This document shows, in pieces, positions 19,828 to 30,444 of a stretch of DNA of 64,000 nt (position 1 is its first letter; each line of letters starts with the position of its first letter). The DNA lies in contig JANOSY010000043.1 of NCBI GenBank assembly GCA_031416075.1, forward strand, positions 1-64,000, in the 5' to 3' direction. Position numbers and translations under genes: made by a program. The DNA is from Candidatus Tenderia sp. (lineage in GTDB: Bacteria; Pseudomonadota; Gammaproteobacteria; Tenderiales; Tenderiaceae). The notes beneath the pieces are model-generated. The model did not search any database and was not told the origin of the DNA. It was given only the letters and a program-made list of their open reading frames with translations.

Positions 19828-22800
19828 ATTGAGCTTACCCATCTTCCCGGTCTTTGTGATCGTTAATTACTCGCTCGGCCTCTCGGTCATAGCCGTTCGC
19901 TAAGCCTCTCAAAGTTACAGCAAATCGCTGAAAGCCGGCATTCTCTATTTCTTCCGCCTTGGTTCGGTACTCTTCAGCCAGTTCTCTCTCCGGTTTTTCG
20001 GTTGGGTCAACCCAATGAACACCGCGTGAGTTGTATGTCCCCGTTCTGAATCCGTCACGCATGTCATCAGCTTCACGGTCATTCAATGCGGCAGCGACAG
20101 CGCGGCGTATCCATAAGCCGTCTGGATCGGGTGGGGTATGAATCAATACTTCGCCAATATTGATGAGAGCAACTTCCATATGGCCGGATTCCGTACAGGC
20201 TTCCTTGACCCTTTGGAGCCATTCGGTGAAGCGCTCTTCGCTGAAAGTTCCATCTTTTTGTGTTCCCGGTGGTGTCTTCCACTCATGCAGCAGTCGCCAG
20301 GCATTTGTTGCGATTTCCTTTGATTCCTCGGTGGGTTCTCTCGGCGGCTGATCTTCATTCTTGGAACGGTAGATCAGTCGAATCACCTCACAAAAGAATT
20401 CGGGGTCATTGGCCAGTCTGCTCTCAAGGAGTTGGGGCGTGGCACCACTATGACGGTCGAGCAAGGGAACATATGCCCACTCCACTCTAAAGAGATCGTC
20501 CTGGTTAACCGAAGGCTCCGCCTGAAGATACTTGATCAGTTCTACGATATGGTACCCATCCATGGCGTAGTTAGGCTCATTGGAGGAAAGAGCTGCAAGT
20601 AACGCTCGAACACATTGATTCGTATCGATTGGCTGCTTGTCATGGCGCATCCTTTCCAGGCAGTTGATTGCCGCGTGTGGTCTGCCATGTTCAATGAGTT
20701 TCTCAATAGCAAATGCAAAATCGCCATCCGCCTGATAGGCATTCGCGTCGGTGCGGGTCCAATATTCACTCTCTTGCGCCCGAAGCCAATCAGAAGCGCG
20801 ATCCCATGCTTCCTTGGTAAATGGCAAATAAGCCAGGAATTGTCCTACTTGTTCTGAAGACCAATCAGATTTATCGATAGCGTCGCACCAATCCCAGCCT
20901 TTGAGGTGGTTACGCCGCCAGACAAACCTACTTACCAACGCCTTGCGTTTGCTGTCCGCGGAATCCAGGAAGTGAGGCAAAAGGGTTCGCTCAATGACTG
21001 GATCGGCAATAATGCCAAGTGCGTGCCCTACCTGACCGGGTGAAGAAGCGGATTCGGCAAATCGGATGAGACCATCAGCACCATCTTTCTGAAAGATTTC
21101 CGAGATGGCCGTTTCACGTCGCGTGTCTAGTTTCTTGCGCTGCTCCTCCCAATCGCCGTTCTCTTCGTAGAGATCAAAATCACGATCTGTAAAGAGGTGC
21201 TGATATAAATTGAACGGGTTGGTAGGGGCTAGTTGTTCGGCAACTTGTTCAATACGGGTAATCAGTTCGTCGGGCAATGCCCATTTCGCATCGGAGAACC
21301 GCCGGTGTTTGTTTGTGAATTTCGTGAGATGGTTCCAAATCAAAAGCCGTTGCTCTTCAGGAAGTTCTGAAATGGTGTTGGAGGCGAGAGCCTGGAGAAG
21401 TTGATCAAAAGCGGGGTTAGGCAGGTGATCAAAATGAGCAATCAATGTGGAAAGCCGAGCGGTAACTTGGCCAGCGGCAGCCACCGCAAGTTCCGCGTAA
21501 AAAGATGCCTGCTGCCAGTATTCCTGATGCGTAACACCTTTTTCCCAATCATCGGGGATGGTCTTTCGCCAGCTTGGTTTGTGCGATCCAGAAGAGGTCT
21601 GGTGTTGGCCGGGCAGAAGCTGAATGATCAGATTCCAGGCAATATCCGGCCATTCATTTAGAATCGTCCGCACCGCCACCTTGCGTTTGTCAACAGATGC
21701 CAGCGTTTGTGGCATCCAGGGCAGCAAAATGGTTGAAAGCGAATTGGATGGACGATTGGCCCACTGGCCGCCGGGGTCATGGCTGGCAAGTTCACCAAGC
21801 GCAACACAGACTCGAACTAGATATTGTCCATCCCAGGCAAGCCCTTCTAACGCCCAGAGCAGGCCGGTTAAATAATTGCCGCCGGAAATGCCATTGGCTT
21901 CCTGGGAAAAAAGCTCATCAAAGGGACAGGGCGTCAGACGCATCGCCTTTTCGACCGCATCAAGAAATTCATCTGGAGCGGCTTCGGCCAGGGTGGGCAG
22001 CAAACCGTTCAGGCTACCCCACAAAATCCAATCAGCATCGGTTAGAAGTTCACGTATTACCAATACGCCGGTTACTTCAGCCTTCCCTTGCGAGCAGTTA
22101 CCGCACGCGTCGGGCTGGGTGCCCAGAATAGCCAAACCCTCGGCAATTCCTTTTCGCAACACGTGCGAACACTTCAGCACTTTGCCGTGAATGCTGGCCG
22201 CATATCGCTTTTCGGCAGGAAGCTCAAAAGCGGGGTCTGGCTCTTTCAGTAAGGAAATAGCCAGCGACCTAAACGTATCGAGGTTCTGATCAAGGATGCG
22301 CGATCCTAGCAGTTTCCAAAGTTCAGTTCGATTGACAACTTTCCAGATGCCGTTTTTAAGTGACAACGGGCTGTCGGAGCAGTGCAATATTTCCCGTGCC
22401 TTCTTTAACCACTCGTCATAGCTGATGCCGAGCAACTGGGTTATCGCCTCAAGGTCGCACGGACTCTTGTCTTGCCAAGCGCCAATTAGGACTGCTAAGG
22501 CGAGATAGGTGGCATCGGGGTGATGAGCCCAGTCTGTCGACTGTTCATGAGGCAATGCAAAATTACTTGGAAATTCACTGACTGGCTTGGCAACAAAGAC
22601 ACTTGTCAACTCATCTGGCAAATCGTTCTGAGTGATGCAACCTGCGTGATGATTTCGGTTGTTGGTGAACTCCAGAACACGGCCCCACACCAACCGCGAA
22701 GACTCTGGTCTAAATTGTGAGATGTGAGAGTTTATGAGCGATAACACAACCCCTTCTTCTTCGCCTAAGTCATATCCCAATAGGTAGAAGTTGATGAGAA

Positions 22801-23404
22801 ATTTGTGAAAAACTTCATCAGTCAGGTCTATCCCATTGTTTGCCGCTTTCAAATGGTCACGGATGACGTTTAGTTTCTTGCGTTTTACATTCGAACTAAA
22901 TTTTGCAGTTGCAATGTTCCTAAAGAATCTTCCTGGGTCACTTGGATTAGCCCTAGCATGATTGAAGAGCCAAGCCACTTCAGCGTCGCCTTGAGTAAGC
23001 GGACCTGTGATCAGCGCAATAACATCTTTGTCCTTCGTAAACACATTGGTGTTATTAAAATCATTCCAGGCGGCCTGCATCACTTCGCCAAACAAAGCAC
23101 TACCCTGTGTGATGGAAATGGAATGCTTGACTTGCCCGAGAAGTTTCCACCGCTCCTTGCTGTTCACGTTTTCCACGACAACAACGAGGTCGTCCGTATC
23201 AAAGCCGTCGATCTTGCCCTGTAGTTTGATTTCCGCAATGGGCCAGCAGGGAAGACAAGGGGCATGACCGCCGGTAAGCATCAACGCTACAAATGACGCC
23301 TGGACATGCGCTTCAAAATGAACGCCACCACCGCCGGTGGAGAATGGATTGCTTAGTTTTTTCTTCTTTGCCATCTACGGCCACGCCCGATTTCTTATGC
23401 CTAA
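19759..23404 (-). mobile_element. Solitary integron gene cassette inserted between trpS and scpA
   Basis: GTTAGGC core site at 23405-23399 complements the attC R'' GCCTAA(A); single ORF plus attC; no intI in window. Confidence 0.78.
19835..23374 (-). CDS. 1179-aa hypothetical protein: N-terminal PD-(D/E)xK-like nuclease plus long helical region; candidate defence protein
   Basis: Intact long ORF; GGGGVHFE(21)...DD(61-62)...QVK(81-83) motif; no recognisable Walker A. Confidence 0.85.
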   Translation of the reverse strand: MAKKKKLSNPFSTGGGGVHFEAHVQASFVALMLTGGHAPCLPCWPIAEIKLQGKIDGFDTDDLVVVVENVNSKERWKLLGQVKHSISITQGSALFGEVMQAAWNDFNNTNVFTKDKDVIALITGPLTQGDAEVAWLFNHARANPSDPGRFFRNIATAKFSSNVKRKKLNVIRDHLKAANNGIDLTDEVFHKFLINFYLLGYDLGEEEGVVLSLINSHISQFRPESSRLVWGRVLEFTNNRNHHAGCITQNDLPDELTSVFVAKPVSEFPSNFALPHEQSTDWAHHPDATYLALAVLIGAWQDKSPCDLEAITQLLGISYDEWLKKAREILHCSDSPLSLKNGIWKVVNRTELWKLLGSRILDQNLDTFRSLAISLLKEPDPAFELPAEKRYAASIHGKVLKCSHVLRKGIAEGLAILGTQPDACGNCSQGKAEVTGVLVIRELLTDADWILWGSLNGLLPTLAEAAPDEFLDAVEKAMRLTPCPFDELFSQEANGISGGNYLTGLLWALEGLAWDGQYLVRVCVALGELASHDPGGQWANRPSNSLSTILLPWMPQTLASVDKRKVAVRTILNEWPDIAWNLIIQLLPGQHQTSSGSHKPSWRKTIPDDWEKGVTHQEYWQQASFYAELAVAAAGQVTARLSTLIAHFDHLPNPAFDQLLQALASNTISELPEEQRLLIWNHLTKFTNKHRRFSDAKWALPDELITRIEQVAEQLAPTNPFNLYQHLFTDRDFDLYEENGDWEEQRKKLDTRRETAISEIFQKDGADGLIRFAESASSPGQVGHALGIIADPVIERTLLPHFLDSADSKRKALVSRFVWRRNHLKGWDWCDAIDKSDWSSEQVGQFLAYLPFTKEAWDRASDWLRAQESEYWTRTDANAYQADGDFAFAIEKLIEHGRPHAAINCLERMRHDKQPIDTNQCVRALLAALSSNEPNYAMDGYHIVELIKYLQAEPSVNQDDLFRVEWAYVPLLDRHSGATPQLLESRLANDPEFFCEVIRLIYRSKNEDQPPREPTEESKEIATNAWRLLHEWKTPPGTQKDGTFSEERFTEWLQRVKEACTESGHMEVALINIGEVLIHTPPDPDGLWIRRAVAAALNDREADDMRDGFRTGTYNSRGVHWVDPTEKPERELAEEYRTKAEEIENAGFQRFAVTLRGLANGYDREAERVINDHKDREDG

Positions 23405-23416
23405 CATGAGACTCGA

Positions 23417-23447
23417 CTTCCCAACCATCCCCCGGCAAGAGGGGACT
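23417..23447 (-). repeat. REP-like palindrome (degenerate), right flank, inverted relative to the left copy
   Basis: CTTCCCAACCATCCCCCGGCAAGAGGGGACT immediately after the trpS stop; may also act as a terminator or pause hairpin. Confidence 0.35.
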
Positions 23448-23450
23448 GGC

Positions 23451-24668
23451 TCAACGATACTCCAACCCCATCGCCCGCCTGACCTCTTCCAGTGTCTTAC
23501 GAGTCACTTCACGGGCGGCATCACAGCCATCATTCACAATGCTGCGTACCAGATTGGGGTTGGCCGTCAGCTCGGCGGCCCGCTCCCGCATCGGTGCCAG
23601 TTCGGTAATCACCGCATCGATCACCGGCTGTTTGCACTCCAGACAGCCGATACCGGCAGAGCGGCACCCCTGCTGCACCCATGCCTTCACCTCCTCATCA
23701 GAGTAGACCTGATGCAGCTGCCAGACCGGGCACTTGTCCGGATCACCCGGATCGGTACGGCGCACCCGGGCCGGATCGGTAGGCATGGTACGCAGCTTCT
23801 TCTCCACCTCAGTCGGCTCTTCACGCAGGCTGATGGTATTGCCGTAGGATTTGGACATCTTCTGGCCATCCAGCCCTGGCATCTTTGACGCCGGCGTCAG
23901 CAGCGGCTGCGGTTCTGGCAGGATGATCTTGCCACCCCCTTCAAGATAGCCAAACAGCCGCTCACGATCGCCCAGAGTGACGTTCTGCTGGCTCTCCAGC
24001 AGTGCACGGGCCGTGGCCAGCGCCTCAACATCACCCTTTTCCTGATAACGTTTACGCAACTCACTGTAGAGCTTGGCGTTTTTCTTGCCCATTTTCCGCA
24101 CCGCCGCACCGGCCTTCTCTTCAAAGTCCGGTTCACGTCCATACAGGTGGTTAAAACGGCGCGCCACTTCACGGGTCAGTTCAATATGGGAGACCTGATC
24201 TTCACCCACCGGTACCAGGCCCGCCTTATATATAAGAATGTCGGCACTCTGCAACAGCGGATAGCCAAGAAAGCCATAGGTGGCCAGATCCTTCTCTTTG
24301 AGTTTTTCCTGCTGATCTTTATAGGTGGGCACCCGCTCCAGCCACCCCAGCGGTGTGATCATACTCAGCAACAGATGCAGCTCGGCATGTTCCGGCACTC
24401 GCGACTGGATAAAGATCTTGGCTGAACCGGGGTTAACCCCCGCGGCCAGCCAGTCAATAATCATCTCCCAGACGCTGTTGGCAATGCCGCCGACGTTGTC
24501 ATACTCGGTTGTCAGTGCGTGCCAGTCGGCAGCAAAAAAGAAACACTCATACTGATGTTGGAGCTTGACCCAATTTTTAAGCACACCGTGATAGTGGCCA
24601 AGATGGAGCCTTCCGGTGGCACGCATGCCTGAGAGGACGCGCTGATGTTGAGCTGGTACCGTATTCAA
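23451..24668 (-). CDS. trpS: Tryptophan--tRNA ligase
   Basis: HLGH (HIGH) motif, YPLLQSADIL, VPVGEDQ, KMSKS. Confidence 0.97.
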   Translation of the reverse strand: MNTVPAQHQRVLSGMRATGRLHLGHYHGVLKNWVKLQHQYECFFFAADWHALTTEYDNVGGIANSVWEMIIDWLAAGVNPGSAKIFIQSRVPEHAELHLLLSMITPLGWLERVPTYKDQQEKLKEKDLATYGFLGYPLLQSADILIYKAGLVPVGEDQVSHIELTREVARRFNHLYGREPDFEEKAGAAVRKMGKKNAKLYSELRKRYQEKGDVEALATARALLESQQNVTLGDRERLFGYLEGGGKIILPEPQPLLTPASKMPGLDGQKMSKSYGNTISLREEPTEVEKKLRTMPTDPARVRRTDPGDPDKCPVWQLHQVYSDEEVKAWVQQGCRSAGIGCLECKQPVIDAVITELAPMRERAAELTANPNLVRSIVNDGCDAAREVTRKTLEEVRRAMGLEYR

Positions 24669-24701
24669 GTCAAAACCTTCCCTAAACGTTCATCTTTCCC
24701 T

Positions 24702-25355
24702 TCAGATACTGAAGAGAGTGTAGATCAAATCGATTAACGCCCCCATGGGCGGGTTCATGATGCTGGACAAAATCTCCGTCGCCAGCAGCCCCAACAGAAT
24801 AAAAAAGCCGTACGGCTCAATCTTGTCATATTTATAAGAGAGCGGGCCGGGCAGCAGTCCCGAGACCACCCGGCCGCCATCCAGCGGTGGCAGCGGCAGA
24901 AGATTCAGTACCATCAACGCGATGTTGATGAAAATCCCGGCTGCGCCCATGTAGATCAACGGCTGGCCAATAAACGGGGCCGTGGCGATGGTCAACATGC
25001 CGATCTTAACCACCAGTGCCCAGATCAGCGCCATCAATAGATTTGCAATCGGCCCCGCCAGCGCCACAATGGCCATGTCCCGCTTTGGGTTGCGCAGGTT
25101 GCGCCAGGTGACCGGTACCGGCTTGGCCCAGCCGAAGATAAAACCACCCAGCATCAGCAGGATAATAGGCACCAGCACTGTACCCACAGGATCGATATGT
25201 TTCAGCGGGTTAAGTGTCAATCGCCCCATCATCATCGCCGTTGGATCGCCGAGCCGTTTGGCTACCCAGCCGTGGGCCACCTCATGCACCGTAATGGCAA
25301 ACAAAACCGGCAGTGACCAGACCGCTACCTTCTGTATCAAGCTCAACTCATTCAT
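24702..25355 (-). CDS. Site-2 protease family (M50) membrane metalloprotease
   Basis: HEVAH, AGPIAN, NLLPLPPLDGG. Confidence 0.94.
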   Translation of the reverse strand: MNELSLIQKVAVWSLPVLFAITVHEVAHGWVAKRLGDPTAMMMGRLTLNPLKHIDPVGTVLVPIILLMLGGFIFGWAKPVPVTWRNLRNPKRDMAIVALAGPIANLLMALIWALVVKIGMLTIATAPFIGQPLIYMGAAGIFINIALMVLNLLPLPPLDGGRVVSGLLPGPLSYKYDKIEPYGFFILLGLLATEILSSIMNPPMGALIDLIYTLFSI

Positions 25356-25481
25356 CGGCGGAGTATAACCCTTTTCCCAAAACCAGCCATTACCTAATTG
25401 ATTTAGCAGAAGTTATGGACGTTTATTAATCTTCTACGTTAACTTTAAAGAAAACAGAAACAGAAACAGCATCAGCACAAA

Positions 25482-26102
25482 TCAACGCAGCTGATCAGCA
25501 CTGCCCTTCCCCTGACGCACCACCTCAGGCATATCACCGGTCAGATCCACCACTGTGGTGGCCTCCAGACCACAGAAACCGCCATCGATAATCAACTGCA
25601 CCTGATTACCGATGGCGTCGCGGATTTCATACGGATCGCTGATGGGGTCACCCTCTCCTGGCAGTAGCAGGGTTGTACTCAAAATCGGCTCACCCAGCTC
25701 CGCCAGCAGCGCCTGGGAGATGGCGTTATCCGGAACGCGCACCCCCACAGTCTTACGTTTTGGGTGCAGTAGCCGCTTGGGCACAATCTTCATGGCGGGC
25801 AGAATAAAGGTATAAGGGCCAGGGGTAAGATTTCTGATGAGCCGGTAAGCGACGTTGTCGATGTTGGCGTAGGTGGCCATCTCCGCCATGTCACGACACA
25901 TCAGGGTGAAATAGTGTTTGTCATCCACTTGGCGGATACGGCGCATCTGCTCCAGGGCATCTTTATCGCCAATCTGGCAACCCAGCGCATAACAGGAGTC
26001 CGTCGGATAGACGATCACCCCCCCTTGGCGCAACAGCTCAACAGCACCACGGATCAGCCGCTGCTGGGGGTTGTCCGGGTGGATCTGGAACAACGGACTC
26101 AC
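25482..26102 (-). CDS. yciO: Sua5/YciO/YrdC family protein
   Basis: IHPDNPQQRLI, YPTDSCYALGC, PGPYTFIL, GVRVP. Confidence 0.92.
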   Translation of the reverse strand: MSPLFQIHPDNPQQRLIRGAVELLRQGGVIVYPTDSCYALGCQIGDKDALEQMRRIRQVDDKHYFTLMCRDMAEMATYANIDNVAYRLIRNLTPGPYTFILPAMKIVPKRLLHPKRKTVGVRVPDNAISQALLAELGEPILSTTLLLPGEGDPISDPYEIRDAIGNQVQLIIDGGFCGLEATTVVDLTGDMPEVVRQGKGSADQLR

Positions 26103-26968
26103 GCCGGCATCTCTGCAGTGGCAACGCCCCAGTCATGCCAAACCGGCACCAGCCCCTTGGGCAACGCCCCGATTCGCCCCATGCCCAGCCAGGTCTGGCT
26201 CGGACCGTGGTAATCAGATCCTACAGAGGCCTGCAACTCATGGCGTCTGGCGTAGTCCGCCATATTATGGTTATCCTGCACCCCTTGGCTACCGGATATC
26301 ACCTCAAACCCCTGTCCGCCCAGCGCCTTAAAGTCACCAATTAACGCCCGCAGTTTGGCGGCCGAGAGTTTGTAACGGGCGGGATGGGCAATCACCGCCA
26401 CGCCACCGGCCCCCTGGATCCAGCCCAACGCCTCTTCCAGTGTGCACCACTCACAGGCAGCGTAGGCCGGTTTGCCGGTGGCCAAGTAGCGGTCAAAGGC
26501 AGCCTGAAAGGTTTTGACACGTCCCGATTCAACCAGGAATTTGGCAAAGTGGGTACGGCTGAGAATCTCACCATTGGCGTAGCCTTGTGCCCCAGCCAAA
26601 GCATCCTCTATGCCAAGCTTGGCCAGTTTTTGTGCGATCTCATCACCCCGCGTCTGGCGTTTCTGCCGCAATCCGGCCAGCCCCTGCTGCAGCGCCTCGT
26701 TGGCCGGATCAAAATTCAGCCCCACTATATGGATGAGATGTTTCTGCCAGGTAACCGATATCTCCACCCCAGTGATGAAGCCGATACCCAGCTTTTCAGC
26801 CTCTGCCGCCGCCTCCGCCAGACCATCGGTGACGTCATGGTCGGTCAGCGCCATCACCTGCACCCCCTGACGGGCGGCGTGCTGCACCAGCGCCGTCGGC
26901 GACAGCTCTCCATCAGAGCTGGTGGAATGGCAGTGGAGGTCGTAATTTCGCTCTGTTGCTAAATTCAT
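26099..26968 (-). CDS. PHP domain-containing phosphoesterase/nuclease (TrpH/YciV)
   Basis: DLHCHSTSSDG, LTDHD, AHPARY, GSDYHG; start moved to the ATG at 26968. Confidence 0.92.
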   Translation of the reverse strand: MNLATERNYDLHCHSTSSDGELSPTALVQHAARQGVQVMALTDHDVTDGLAEAAAEAEKLGIGFITGVEISVTWQKHLIHIVGLNFDPANEALQQGLAGLRQKRQTRGDEIAQKLAKLGIEDALAGAQGYANGEILSRTHFAKFLVESGRVKTFQAAFDRYLATGKPAYAACEWCTLEEALGWIQGAGGVAVIAHPARYKLSAAKLRALIGDFKALGGQGFEVISGSQGVQDNHNMADYARRHELQASVGSDYHGPSQTWLGMGRIGALPKGLVPVWHDWGVATAEMPA

Positions 26969-27077
26969 AGAGTAATCATCTGTTAATGGCGCAATCACTA
27001 AACTGCCTATGATAGAATTTTCGACCTTATAACGCGAGTAACTGTTTTCATATACTCGCCAAACTGGCAGGTGCTGC

Positions 27078-27659
27078 ATGAAATTTCTGTTTGACTTCTT
27101 CCCGATACTGCTCTTTTTTATCGCCTACAAAGTGTTTGATATCTATGTCGCCACCGCCGTCGCCATCGCCGCCTCATTTGTACAGGTAGGCTGGTTCTGG
27201 CTTCAGTATCGCCGGGTTGAGAAGATGCATGTCATCACCCTGCTGATGATCACGGTACTGGGCGGTGCCACATTGATTTTTCATGACGACACCTTCATCA
27301 AATGGAAGGTGTCGGTTGTCAACTGGCTGTTTGGTATTGCCTTCCTGGGCAGCCAGTTCATCGGCAAAAAGCCGATTATCCAGCGCATGATGGAGGCCTC
27401 CGTAGATCTAGCAGCGCCTATCTGGTTACGCCTTAACCTAGCGTGGGCACTCTTTTTCATCTCCACCGGCTTCCTGAACCTCTATGTCGCCTATAACTAC
27501 GACCTCGATACCTGGGTCAACTTCAAGATGTTTGGCATGCTCGGCCTAACCATTCTCTTCATATTCGTCCAAGCCCTGTTCATCGGTCGGTACATTAAAG
27601 ACCCCGCCCCGAGTACACCAGAGGCCCCTGAAATCAAAGATAAAAAAGAGGACTTATAA
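27078..27659 (+). CDS. yciB: Intracellular septation protein A
   Basis: [24 protein letters not shown]. Confidence 0.94.
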   Translation: MKFLFDFFPILLFFIAYKVFDIYVATAVAIAASFVQVGWFWLQYRRVEKMHVITLLMITVLGGATLIFHDDTFIKWKVSVVNWLFGIAFLGSQFIGKKPIIQRMMEASVDLAAPIWLRLNLAWALFFISTGFLNLYVAYNYDLDTWVNFKMFGMLGLTILFIFVQALFIGRYIKDPAPSTPEAPEIKDKKEDL

Positions 27660-27958
27660 TGCTCTACGCCATCATGGCTGAAGATACCGAGAACAGCCTG
27701 GAAAAACGGCTGGCAGCCCGCTCTGCCCACGTTGAACGGCTCACTGCCCTGCGCGATCAGGGACGCATGATACTCGCAGGCCCCTTCCCGGCCATCGACT
27801 CCCCTGACCCCGGTCCTGCTGGCTTCAGTGGCAGCCTGATTGTGGCGGAGTTTGAATCCTTGGCGGCGGCACAGCAGTGGGCCGATGCCGACCCCTATAT
27901 CAGCGCCGGCGTTTACGCCAAGGTAACCGTCAAACCCTTCAAAAAGGTCCTCCCCTGA
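27659..27958 (+). CDS. yciI: YciI family protein
   Basis: [23 protein letters not shown]. Confidence 0.93.
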   Translation: MLYAIMAEDTENSLEKRLAARSAHVERLTALRDQGRMILAGPFPAIDSPDPGPAGFSGSLIVAEFESLAAAQQWADADPYISAGVYAKVTVKPFKKVLP

Positions 27959-28221
27959 TGAGCAACAACCGTATTGAGATGATTCGCCAGCAGCTTGAAC
28001 AGACCTTGGCCCCACAATCCCTGGAGATCATTGACGACAGCCACAAACATGTCGGCCACAGCGGTGCGGATGGCATGGGGCACTTCACTGTCCAGATCTG
28101 TGCCGCTGCCTTCGAGGGTAAAACCCCCCTCCAGCGCCACCGGTTGGTATATGAGGCGCTGGCGGCGCTGATGCAAACCGACATCCACGCCCTTAGCATC
28201 CAGGCCAGCGCGCCCAAGTAG
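27958..28221 (+). CDS. bolA: BolA family protein
   Basis: DDSHKHVGH, HF, RHRLVY, IHALSI; ATG overlaps the yciI stop. Confidence 0.93.
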   Translation: MSNNRIEMIRQQLEQTLAPQSLEIIDDSHKHVGHSGADGMGHFTVQICAAAFEGKTPLQRHRLVYEALAALMQTDIHALSIQASAPK

Positions 28222-28291
28222 TCAACACAGTAGCGATGATGTTAGATTGACGAACTTATTAAAATAACACCACATCCACACGGAGAGAGCG

Positions 28292-29107
28292 ATGCCCATA
28301 AAAAAATCAGGTATTCCAATTGCAGTCATCTGCCTTGGCATATCCAGCGTAGCCATCGGCACAGCCGCCATGGCACAAGAGAATGTTGTTGTTGGCACCA
28401 TTAACGGCGCGCCAATGACGCAGGGGCAACTGATTGGTTATGCACGTGTTGCCGCCCCCCAGGTCAACCTACAGGATCAGGCCGCACGGACCCAGCTTTT
28501 GCAGACCTTTATTGGCCGCGAACTGCTCTATCAAGAGTCACTGAAACAGAAAGTCGATCAGCAGCCCGCCGTAAAGGCCGTGTTGGAAGAGACCCGCCAC
28601 GCCGTGCTTGCACAGGCCTATGTCTCACAGCTGCTACGTGACAAACCCGTCACAGAAGCGATGGCCCGTGACATTTACGACAAACAGGTTGGCAACCAGA
28701 CCGGGGCTGAGTACCACGCCCGCCACATTCTGGTGGCCACAGAAAATGACGCCACTGCTGCCATCAACCGCCTTAAAAAGGGTGAGGAGTTTACCAAGGT
28801 TGCACAAGCCACCTCCAAAGACAGCAGCGCTGCCCGTGGTGGTGATCTGGGGTGGATCAAACCGGAAAAAATGCCCCCGACCTTTGGTGCTGCCCTCTCC
28901 AGTCTCAAGCCTGGCAAATATACAACCACCCCCGTCAAGACCGATTACGGCTGGCACGTGATCTATGTGGAGGCCAACCGCCCCGTTCAGCCGCCAACCT
29001 TTGAAGCGGTACGTGACCAGCTCATTAAAGCGATACAGGACCAGATCGTCAGCCAGCGCCTGGGCGAATTGCAAAAAGAGGCAAAAATCGTCTTTAACGA
29101 GAAATAA
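28292..29107 (+). CDS. Parvulin (PpiC)-type peptidylprolyl isomerase, exported
   Basis: Signal peptide; HARHILV, GGDLGW, PVKTDYGWHVI. Confidence 0.92.
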   Translation: MPIKKSGIPIAVICLGISSVAIGTAAMAQENVVVGTINGAPMTQGQLIGYARVAAPQVNLQDQAARTQLLQTFIGRELLYQESLKQKVDQQPAVKAVLEETRHAVLAQAYVSQLLRDKPVTEAMARDIYDKQVGNQTGAEYHARHILVATENDATAAINRLKKGEEFTKVAQATSKDSSAARGGDLGWIKPEKMPPTFGAALSSLKPGKYTTTPVKTDYGWHVIYVEANRPVQPPTFEAVRDQLIKAIQDQIVSQRLGELQKEAKIVFNEK

Positions 29108-29164
29108 TTCAACCGATTCTGCCCGGCCACCGACTGGCATAAGCAGAGAATCAGACCAACCATA

Positions 29165-29196
29165 CGGGTGGGGACATCAGCCCCATCCGCTTTTTC
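29165..29196 (+). terminator. Probable terminator after the PPIase gene
   Basis: CGGGTGGGG-acatcag-CCCCATCCG then CTTTTT. Confidence 0.6.
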
Positions 29197-29217
29197 AGAT
29201 GTATAATCCAGCCCTGA

Positions 29218-30405
<1,188 letters not shown>

Positions 30406-30444
30406 TCATCAGGAAGAGCTGTAACCAACCTGTGGAGAAAGGAC

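Noticed and set aside
19640-23450. A complete integron or prophage remnant
   Set aside because: No tyrosine recombinase, attI, additional attC sites or phage genes are visible in the window
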